A stretch of 43,562 nucleotides of DNA from Macrostomum lignano. Lineage: Eukaryota. The position numbers and the translations under genes were made by a program. Position 1 is the first letter of the stretch; each line of letters starts with the position of its first letter. The stretch is from the NCBI GenBank assembly GCA_002269645.1, contig NIVC01004514.1, positions 1-43,562 of the forward strand, read 5' to 3'. Positions 12,830 to 23,075 of this stretch are shown in pieces. The notes below the pieces were generated by a model that was given only the letters and a program-made list of their open reading frames with translations, searched no databases and was not told the DNA's origin.

Positions 12830-15800
12830 ATGGCTGGCCGAGGATTTTTGCCCAAAGGCGACGTTGAAGACGAATGGTCGTCGGGAAATCTGAATAATGA
12901 CTTCAAGAAGATGACCTTTGGAGCTTCTAACGGCAGCAACGGATTCGGTGGCGCTTCGAACTATCAAAGTGGAGACACGGCTAATGGAGAAGGGGGTTTC
13001 GGCAGTGGCCGCAGTGGGTTTGGTGGAGGTCGCGGTGGCTTTGGCAGCGGTGCGCAAAATGGAGACAGAGGAGGTTCTGAAGGTCGTGGTGGTTTCGGTG
13101 GCGGGCGCGGTGGCTTTGGAAGCCGGAATGAAGACGCTCAGAACGATGATAGCGTCGGCTTTGGAAGCCGTGGAGGGTTCGGGGGTGGTCGAGGTGGAGG
13201 CCGTGGCGGCTCCTCTGCTTGCTTCAAGTGCAACGAGAGCGGTCATATGGCACGAGACTGCCCGAATGCTGATTCTCAAGAAAGACGTGGCGGCTTTGGT
13301 GGTGGAGGCCGTGGCGGCTCCTCTGCTTGCTTCAAGTGCAACGAAAGTGGCCATATGGCACGAGACTGCCCAAATGCTGATTCTCAAGAAAGACGTGGCG
13401 GCTTTGGTGGTGGAGGCCGTGGCGGCTCCTCTGCTTGCTTCAAGTGCAACGAAAGTGGCCATATGGCACGAGACTGCCCAAATGCTGAAGGACAAGGTTC
13501 TAGTGGTGGATTTGGTAGTCGTGGAGGTGGCGGATTCGGCCGTGGAGGAGGCCGTGGCGGCTTTGGAGCCTCCGCTAATGATGGCGCTGAAGGTAGCGGA
13601 GGTAGCTTCGGCAGCCGCGGTGGTGGTGGCTTCGGCAGTCGCGGAGGAGGCCGAGGTGGCTTTGGAGCCTCCGATGATGATGGCGCTGATGGTGGCGGAG
13701 GTGGCTTCGGCAGCCGCGGTGGTGGCTTTGGCAGTCGCGGTGGTGGCTTTGGCAGTCGTGGAGGAGGCCGAGGCGGTTTGGAGCCTCCGCTGATGATGGC
13801 GCGGATGGTGGCGGAGGTGGCTTCGGCAGCCGCGGTGGTGGCTTCGGCAGCCGTGGAGGAGGCCGAGGTGGCTTCGGAGCCTCCGCTGATGATGGCGCTG
13901 ATGGTGGCGGAGGTGGCTTCGGCAGCCGCGGTGGTGGCTTTGGCAGCCGCGGAGGAGGCCGAGGTGGCTTCGGAGCCTCTGCTGATGATGGCGCTGAAGG
14001 TGGCGGAGGTGGCTTCGGCAGCCGCGGTGGTGGCTTTGGCAGCCGCGGAGGAGGCCGAGGTGGCTTTGGAGCCTCCGCTGATGATGGCGCGGATGGTGGC
14101 GGAGGTGGCTTCGGCAGCCGCGGTGGTGGCTTTGGCAGCCGCGGAGGAGGCCGAGGTGGCTTTGGAGCCTCCGCTGATGATGGCGCTGGAGGCGGCGGTG
14201 GTGGTTCTGTCTGCTACAAGTGCAACCAGAGTGGCCATTTTGCCCGCGAGTGTCCAAACGCTGAAGCTGGAGGCGGCGGTGGCGGTTCTGTCTGCTACAA
14301 GTGCAACCAAAGCGGCCATTTTGCTCGCGAATGTCCGAACGCGGACGCACGTGCCTGCTTTCGCTGTAAGGAGACGGGCCACATCTCTGCCGACTGCCCG
14401 AATGTCGCCGCCGGTGATGCCCCCGGTGCCTCGACTGCTCACGTGCCTGAGGAGTCTCAGCTAGACGAGATTTATAGCCGGACCGTCCACACGGGCATCA
14501 ATTTCGACAAGTACGAGCAAATCAACGTAGAGGTGTCGGGCACCGACAAGCCGGGCTATCTGACCAGCTTCGATGCCATCGGGCTGCCCAGCGTGATGCT
14601 GGATAACATTCTCCGCAAGTACAACTACAACAAGCTCACGCCGGTGCAGAAGTACGGCATCCCCATCATCCTCAAGGGAAGAGATCTGATGGCCTGCGCC
14701 CAGACGGGCTCTGGCAAGACTGCGGCCTTTTTGCTGCCTCTGGCAAAGATGATCGCCGAGCTGGACACCAACGATTCTACTGTTGCTCAGTACACCACCT
14801 ACCCGGTCGCTCTTATACTGACTCCTACCCGAGAGCTGTGCAATCAAATTTATGATTTCGCTAGGTAAGTTCTTTGTCAGTAAATAATTTCACTATTGAT
14901 TAATCTTTAATAGCTCAAACACAAGGTAATAAGTTGAGTTGAATTGAATTTAGTTCGTGCAGTTTTAATCCATAATCATGCCTTTAACTAAATGAAGCTA
15001 AATATTTTTACAGACATGGCTGTATGTATTGTATATAACAATTTATTTCAAATACTAGTGCATGCCAGTGTCAGTAATTTAGCTTTTCCAGCTCGTTCTA
15101 TCCAATGTTGCTTTCAGCAAATTTTTGTACCCATTCAAAAACGTCATGCGCTGTCATACCACAAGTGGAATTGTGTCAAGTGTCTGCGATCGGAGTCTGA
15201 ACTGCAGCACCTCGTTAATGTTGGTGGCGGCACTCTTAATGTTATGGCGAATGGTGATCGCTATACTATCGATACGCACATTTCCTCTGCTGCATCTCTG
15301 TGTGAGGATATTCACATCTACTTTTCCAAGAGCTCAAATCGGACAAAGAAGTTCGAAGCCCTTCACATGGCGTTGAAGGTGGCCACGCACACATTCCTTT
15401 AAGAATGTGCAACGTGCTGGTTGGAGCTACTGCCCTACCTAGTGCGACTCGAGAAGCAGTGAATTATACTTCGCAGCATACTTTGTAGAGCAGCTTAGTC
15501 GAATACAATGATGCGGCTGCATCCAACGCTCGAATCCATGGCAGGGCATCAGGCAAGCTCTTTAGGACACGTCGACTCGATTAGCAATTAGTTTTCCATA
15601 TCCAGCGTCTTTTACAGAAGTACAAGATATAAAGTTTCAGCTGGAAAACACTGCTTGTTCACGACATCCATAAGCAGACTGTTAGACTGTTAGAGTACTG
15701 TAATCGCTGAGAATCATTTCTACCGAATGGACTTCCAGAATCCAGATTGCTACTATCCAATTTCCGTTGGCAAAAATCGGCGTCGGTTCGGACACCAAAT

Positions 15801-18800
15801 GGCTGTTGGTTGAGGATCCGAGAGCCAGGCACAAACCCACCTGCAGAACCTACCTGCCGTTTCCAAGGGCCTCTATGTAAATCCGATAGATAATGAATAT
15901 TTGTGCAGGTCCGTCTATGGTTAATCTAACAAAGTCTTTTTCTCAGCCGTCCCGGTTTTTTCGATGTTCCAGAGCGAGGTTCATCATCAGTTGATGATTC
16001 TCCTTCTTTAAAGCGGTTGTACCACTTTTACGCAGCCCGCTGAAACATGGTTTTGTCTCTGTACGCTATGTACTTGTGCAGCAGGAATTCCGACGCAGGA
16101 TTACGTCGATGGAGTAAAGACTCCGTTTCCATTATTTACGAGTCCGTCAGGTGATTTGCTGAATATTTGTTGTTTTAGAGTTCTCTGCACAGCGCTAGGA
16201 GCATTAAAACTTTCTAAAACTCGAGGATTTGACCATAGCCTATGTATTGGTCTTATCAAAGCTCAAAGCAGCAGCCCCATACATGTATATGGTCGATACT
16301 TGATTGCACGAAGACTTAGACTTCGTGGACTTAGAAGAATCGTAGACTTACGATTGCACCCTCGGAGCTGGACCAGCTGACAATGAAGGTACACCTATTC
16401 ACCTATTCAACATGAGGTCCACTTCCTCTGCTGGAACCACGGATGCGAGGCGAATTAAGGATTTGGTAAGGAATGACACTCGAGCGTAGTCCATTGAGTT
16501 CCCTTCTTTGGATCGCCTAGAACTGTTTTATGATAGCGCTGACGGTGAACGTTTCATTGGAAAGTAAGTGCCATGACATCCATGCCCAGAAAAAGCGCGA
16601 ACGTTCGTAGCTCGTGTATACAACTGGAGTGAACTCGCATCTAGCGAGGAGCTAAGTCTGAGGTCTTTGGTGTTATATTGCCACCCGATCGGGTATCTGG
16701 TAGACAAATTTCAAACTGCACGTTTCCTTCTTTTACGATCCATAGAGTCCTGACCACGCTCACTGTGACTTAGTCTTATATCACTCGTTACCATGCATCA
16801 CCCACACCATTTGGCTGCAGCTCTGGTGACTGTCAACTTTAAATGGATTCACCAACTGTTCTCAGAGTTCCGTCAAACATTTTAACAGGACGGGCCGCTT
16901 TCACATTAAAATTCACTTTGTCAGAACTTACTTATCATCCAGGTATTGTTTTATAATTAGAGATTCCATCTCCACGTGTTGTTCTATAATTGAAGATCCC
17001 ATCACCCTGACTCCTGATCTCCAAGTAGGTATTATTCCGTACGAGTAATTCGATCCAATATAGTTTTAAAAAAACTGAAAAAAATAGCTTAATATTCAAG
17101 TCCAAATACTGTCAATCCATTAAGCTTGAAAAGCGTTTATTCTTATGATGTGTAAAAGGTTCGTTCCAGTAGTACGAGGGCTGATCAAAAAGTTCTGCAA
17201 GTGACCTCAACTCAGTGTTACAGCAGCCGAGGCGTCTAATCAGTGTCACATTCCCTCAAGGTACTTTCCACCACCATCTATGCACCGTCGCATGCTTGTG
17301 CACCATATCTGAAAGCAGTCATGGTACTCCGAGGTTGGTATACCCTGTAGAGCTGAATGTACCGCTTGGGCAAGGTCTTGTATGCGTTAAAACGGCCTCC
17401 CAGAAATGACGGATTTGATCCTCAGGAACAGCCAAAAGTCACAGGGTGCTAGGTCTGGAGAGTAGGGTGGATGGGGCAGCAGCCGGACCCCCTGCTGTTC
17501 CAGGTATGCCATGGTTGAGGCCGCTCTCTGCGGTGCCGCATTGTCATGGTGCAGCAGGAGTCGAGGTCCATGTCTGGTTCGCGCACGTTCCTGCCGCTCC
17601 TGCAGCACGCCTGGCAGAACAGTGTCTGTGTAGTACCTGGCAGTCAATGTGGCACCCGTTGGAAGGATGTTCACCGATAAAACACCCTGAAAGTTGAAAA
17701 AATGGTAAACATCCGCTTCCGACTGCGGAATCCGGTCTTCAGCACCTCAGGCCTTGGCTCATCTTCTGCCAGCCAGACCATGTTAGACTGCTTATCCTTC
17801 ATGGTAAAGAAGGAGATCCAACATTCGTCTCTGTGATGACATTCGACAGTCGTCGTGGGCCGTGGGGCTCAAACATTTGCAGCCACAAGCAACAGATGCG
17901 CACCCTCTCTGCTTGCTGCTCCGGAGTGAGAACATGGGGTACCCACCCAGCGCAGGTCTTTGTGCGGCCCAGTTGCTCATGCATGATCCATAGCTGACAC
18001 CAAGCTCATAGGCAAGGAATCTCAGCGTAATGCTCCGATCCTCACGAATTATTGCATTGGCACGGGCCACGACATCTTCGGTCACGGATGTCCGGGGTCG
18101 GCCAGACCACGATTCATCGTTGAAGCCGTCCCGGCCTTCCGGGAAATGGCGCACCCAGCGGGCAACCGTGTCAAATTATTGAAGCAGAGTCAGCTAAAAT
18201 ATTCACTAGATCAGTATGAATCTCAGTCGCTCTGCAGCCAGATTGCATGCGCATAAAGATATAGAAGCGAACACTGTCTTTTGATAGTGGAAAATATATG
18301 GCTGTGAAATTTGACTGGCGCAAAGTTTTTGGCTTTTGCCGATTCTATATCTAAAAGCTATAACAAGAGGTTGCAGAACTTTTTGATCACCCCTCGTATC
18401 AACTAAAACAATGCAGTTTATTCAGGCAGTAATTAATAGCATTCAAGGTGATAATGACAATAAAGTCAGGCAGTAATTAAAATTAGTTTCCTATATAGCA
18501 AGTATTTTTTCAAATCGGAACTATAGCGTTGTGTTTTATGTAAGAATTTTCACCTCTCCTTCTGTCAGGGGATTTCTGGCTGGCACAAATATTCACGCCA
18601 AGCGCGTCTACGGCGGTCCCAAGACCGACTACTTGCGCGCGGAACTGGCCAACGGCTGCCACATTCTGGTGGCCACTCCCGGCCGGCTGAAGGACTTCGC
18701 CGAGAGGAACATTGTCAGTCTGAACAAGACCCGCTTCCTTGTGCTTGACGAGGCCGACCAGATGCTTGACAGGGGCTTCCTGGACTCGGTGACCTGGACG

Positions 18801-19616
18801 CTGGAGCAGATGCCTTCTGACAGGCAGATTGTGATGTTCTCGGCCACGTTCCCTAATCAGATTCAAGCTCTGGCTCAGCAGTACCTGCAGAACTATTTGT
18901 ACCTGACTGTGGGTCAGGTGGGCGCAGCCAATCCCGACGTGACTCAGGAAGTTCGCGAGGTGCAGCAGGACGACAAGCAGGCCGCTCTGGAGTCAGTCAT
19001 CGACGAGTGGCATTCGGATCCGGCTCGAAAGAGCGACCGGATTCTCATCTTCGTGGAGACAAAGCGACAGGCGGACTTTGTCGGACTGGCTCTGACGCAG
19101 AAGAAGCAGCTGCCCTGCACCACAATTCACGGAGACCGACAGCAGCGCGAGCGCGAGACTGCTATCAGGGATTTCAAGAGGGGCAAGAATCCGATTATGG
19201 TCGCCACAAACGTGTCCGCTCGCGGCGTCGACATCAACGGAATCGAGCTGGTGATCAACATGGACCTGCCGAGCGAATTCGACATGTACGTGCACCGCAT
19301 TGGTCGCACAGGTCGCTGCGGCAACACAGGCAAGTCGATCTCGTTTTACGACCACGGACGCGACTCGGCCCTGGCCCTTCTGTTGCGCCAGAATCTGGAG
19401 AAGTCCGGTCAGTCCGTGCCAGACTGGCTCGACGTTTACGCGGACCAGTCCTGCGGCGGCGACGGCGGCTTTGTAGGCGGCAGCAATCGCGACATGAGGC
19501 GCGGCGTCGCCAGAGACCGGTTCCGCGAGCAGCCCGACGAGGGCGACTTCGCCGAGAGCGCGTTCCGTCCTGCCCCAGCCGCTGCTCCGGCAGCCGAAGA
19601 AGAGGCCTGGGATTGA
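12830..19616 (+). CDS. vasa: Vasa/DDX4-type helicase, copy 2; join(12830..14864,18569..19616); one 1-nt deletion at ~13777-13779 (assembly error or pseudogenising); ~1027 aa if corrected
   Basis: MAGRG...EDEW start, 3+3 CCHC knuckles, RGG repeats, all helicase motifs intact, ends EEEAWD. The frame after 13780 is open through the knuckles into the helicase. The phase-2 intron (14865-18568, 3704 bp) is at the same position as in copies 1 and 3. Confidence 0.8.
13500..14195 (+). repeat. Coding RGG/FG tandem repeat of vasa copy 2 ([32 protein letters not shown]-like units)
   Basis: Recurrent GGAGCCTCCGCTGATGATGGCGC...GGCTTCGGCAGCCGCGGTGGT blocks. Confidence 0.9.
15170..16260 (+). pseudogene. Probable decayed hAT-family transposase fragment inside the vasa copy 2 intron
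   Basis: Translation of 15200-15470 gives [14 protein letters not shown]...[16 protein letters not shown]...[23 protein letters not shown]. This resembles the hAT pattern (C.LH..HN ... YF..S..R..F ... H..L....TRWL.....L.R...QW), with stops and R>C substitutions. No TIRs found. The right boundary is uncertain. Confidence 0.5.
17175..18396 (-). mobile_element. Full-length (1222 bp) decayed mariner (Tc1/mariner, DD34D) transposon inside the vasa copy 2 intron
   Basis: 26-bp TIRs CGAGGGCTGATCAAAAAGTTCTGCAA (17175-17200) and TTGCAGAACTTTTTGATCACCCCTCG (18371-18396) with 1 mismatch, and TA on both sides (17173-74, 18397-98). Minus-strand fragments: HTH ([22 protein letters not shown]), WVPHVL, a frameshifted IT(G)DE, and HHDNA-34 aa-D with [10 protein letters not shown]. 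At least three frameshifts. Confidence 0.93.
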
Positions 19617-21219
19617 CGGCCGCGCTGCTGGACCTGTGTCTGAAAGTTTTCATGCAGAAACAATTTTTTTACTGCACGGTGTTCGTACTTGTTAGACTTC
19701 TTGTTGCTATTTTCGTGTTTATTTCTCTTCCCATTCACTGCGGGTCAGATCTCGGGTAATCCGCTGTCTTGGTGCTCGATCTGCGTTAAAGCATTTTTAT
19801 TAAAACGCTTTGTGTCGTCTCGGCAAATTTATTATTTTTATAAATTTAGTATTTTTGCTATCTTATTTTTCCTAAAAAAATCGGCCCAGTCATTTTTAAT
19901 AGTCCTAATTTACATTTGCAATGGCCCGATTTGTTTTCAAAACAGTGCGTGAGCAGTGCGTGCTCAGGGTCCTCCGGTGGTTCTATTCTAAATAAACCTA
20001 TGTGTAATAAAATCGATTGAGCTCCTGTGCACTCTGCTGTTTAGCGCTATCTTGCTGCAGATGCTCCTGTCCTCATGATTTTCACAGCTGAGTGCGACAG
20101 CGACGGAATCTCGATGTTGCAATATTTATTTACAAGCTGCATTTTTTATACACCTGGTGCTAACTGGTGCTAATCTATATATCGCGTCTTTACTACTTTT
20201 GTTTAAGCCAAACTAACTATTATTATTATTATATATTCTACTTTTTAATATCGTTTCAAAGCCTAGTTTATAGAGTAGCTTTATCACTACTAGACTTAAG
20301 GTTAGCTTACCCAGTACCCCTGCCCACATTGAGCCGCGTCTCATGATTCGATTCAATGGTACAGTTTGTTCATTTTTAGTAGCATAACACGCTGTCTGCA
20401 CACTGTATTGCTGTGCTGTCTGCACACTATTGTGCTATCTGTATTACTGTGCTATGAAATCGAATCGAACCAAGGGGCAAATATGCTTCCTTAATTAGAT
20501 TCAAATATAAGACTGCCTCCGATATCTTGCAATTCGTAAGGCCACAGCAATAAAGCCCCGTTCACCAATTATTTTTATTTCGATTCATTCGTGTTGCAGT
20601 TGATTAAAGAAACGCCTTTGTGAAATTATCACTGTGCTCTGCGGTCCGCTTCGCAAGATGCATTTAATAAATCGGCTTTCGATCCTTTGGTTATTTTTAT
20701 TTTGTTCAAATTTGGCTGCTCTTTTGCTTTTGTTTTTTTCTTATTTGATTTAGGGAAACTTGTCCATGCGTTGGTCTAAATAGCTGTTTCCAACCTCAAA
20801 AACCTTACTGATAGTGATAAATAGGGCAAGGTCATCAAAAGGAGTCCATACTCACTCGGACAGTAAGTTAAAGCAATTAACATCCCGGAAAATACGAGCG
20901 TACAATTCTTAATGTTAATGAGCCTTAGCATGCAACACGCTCTCAACACTCCTTGGTTTTAATCACAGATACTAGAATAACTATCAGCATAGCTAGTAGA
21001 TGTCACTCGCAATTAAAGCTGTGAAAAGTACAGCGTCGACTCCTTTTCTGTAGTTTGTCTGCGCCGAGTCACTTAAATTTAATGTGGCATCTAAATTTGC
21101 TTTCCTTGCTCGGCGTTTGCAACCTCTTGAGAATATAGGGTTAATTAAGAAATAACACGCATTTAACTTTATGTACACAAGTGAACACAACTTCACAAGA
21201 CGGACGAAACTCAGCCATT

Positions 21220-21630
21220 GGGGCAGGCCCAATCTAGCTCAGCCAATGAGAGAGCAGTAAGGAGAGAGGTCAAAGTCAGAGCCTAGGGTTGGGGCAGGCC
21301 CAATCTAGCTCAGCCAATGAGAGAGCAGTAAGGAGAGAGGCCAAAGTCAGAGCCTAGGGTTGGGGCAGGCCCAATCTAGCTCAGCCAATGAGAGAGCAGT
21401 AAGGAGAGAGGTCAAAGTCAGCCTAGGGTTGGGGCAGGCCTAATCTAGCTCAGCCAATGAGAGAGCAGTAAGGAGAGAGGTCAAAGTCAGAGCCTAGGGT
21501 TGGGGCAGGCCCAATCTAGCTCAGCCAATGAGAGAGCAGGAAGGAGAGAGGTCAAAGTCAGAGTCTAGGGTTGGGGCAGGCCCAATCTAGTTCAACCAGT
21601 GAGAGTAGTAAGGAGAGAGGCCAAAGTCAG
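21220..21630. repeat. Minisatellite, 71-bp unit, ~5.8 copies, between vasa copies 2 and 3
   Basis: GGGGCAGGCCCAATCTAGCTCAGCCAATGAGAGAGCAGTAAGGAGAGAGGTCAAAGTCAGAGCCTAGGGTT units start at 21220, 21291, 21362, 21431, 21502 and 21573. Confidence 0.95.
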
Positions 21631-23075
21631 GCGCAAGCGGGCAAGAGAAAAGCCTAAACAGTTAACTGTTATTGGCCTGACTGTGGCTGGGGCGCCACCC
21701 CTTTTTCTTTTTCTCTATGCACATGCACTGGATTTGGGGTTTTACTTTTAAGTTTTCCTTCGTCTTAAATTAATTTTTAAAAAAATTAGAATCTGTGGTT
21801 TTCTGGTGTCGCTAAACAAGATAACAGAATAAACAGGATAAATACGTTACTCAAATGGGTCTTGCTTGTTGAAAAGGTCGAGACAATGTTGCAGCTTTAA
21901 AAACTTAAAATATCTTGTATTATTAAAAAACAAAATGCTGGTTTTATAATATTATTGTGAAGGCAAAACGCTAGTTTTGCTACTGAAGTAAGAGTAGTTG
22001 AGCAATTTTTTTACGATTGACGTTTCTGCTCGTAGTTAGTCTAGTATCTGTGGTTTAAATATTACTTTTTGCGTTATACGCTTGTAGGGAAATCAAAATT
22101 AAATAATAAATGCAGTAATATCACTGAGTAGCGAAAGCTCAGTAAGATATCTATTATGCAACTTCATTCAATTTCATACATACATACGTACATACATACA
22201 CGCAGTACAAGTACGGGAAACTAAACCATTTGGTAGCAAGTAGATATGATGTTGCTCATAGACAGGCAGACGGAAAAAAGGCAAACAAGTTGATAATTAG
22301 GCCTAGACATCAGCACAAATAAGAATGCCAGCAGCAACGGCTCTTGTATTGGGTAAAACAGAGAGTTCTCGCGGTTTGTGAAGCTTTCTATGAAATGAAG
22401 TACATGTAATGGTACTGTAGCACTGTAGCTCAAACTTGAATTTGGGTTGCTCTGCGTCGGTCTAAGGCATTTATATACCTCTGCACACAAAACCTAGAAG
22501 CCTCTAGAAATTTCTGTAGGCTTAACTTTCCAAATCGCGAAAATTTTCTATTTTACCCACTAGAAATCATGCTTAAACACCGACTTCCATGTAGTAAAGA
22601 TCAGAATTATCAAATTGGATACTTTTTATAAAACTCGCTTGCCTTTTGGCAAGACCATAATCTACTACTGCCAAATTGCAATCCTCAATTTGGCTCAAAA
22701 AATAAGTGTATAGAATCTAAGGTTAAATAGATATGAAACGAGCTGTCTATGGCCGAAGGTCTATTAACCGGCTGCAAATTTGTGAAGTTTATTTACTAGA
22801 AAACAAATTAGTCTATGGTAGTGGGTAGGGCTTCGCCCCCACACCCCGTCCCTCACTCTCGGGGTGTAGCTTGAGCAAAAATGTCTATAGTACGAGTACA
22901 GTAATCATTGATGCCCCTGCCCAATCTGCATGTAGAACCAAGGCGCCCTCTGATTTTCTATTAACACCTATTAACGCATGGGTACATTTAGTGTTCACCC
23001 TTTTTAAAGAAACTTATAGAATTTGTCACCGATCGCATTAAAACTTATGCTTATGGCAATCTAAAACAGCAGCGT

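Noticed and set aside
13760-13800. Programmed -1 ribosomal frameshift as an explanation for the vasa-2 and vasa-3 frame breaks
   Set aside because: Neither site is an X XXY YYZ slippery heptamer (C GGT TTG; AGC GTA). The sites differ between copies, and each is a one-base loss relative to sister repeat units.
14992-15402. 136-aa ORF as a nested gene in the vasa-2 intron
   Set aside because: Its similarity continues through in-frame stops as a decayed transposase-like sequence, so it is treated as a relic.
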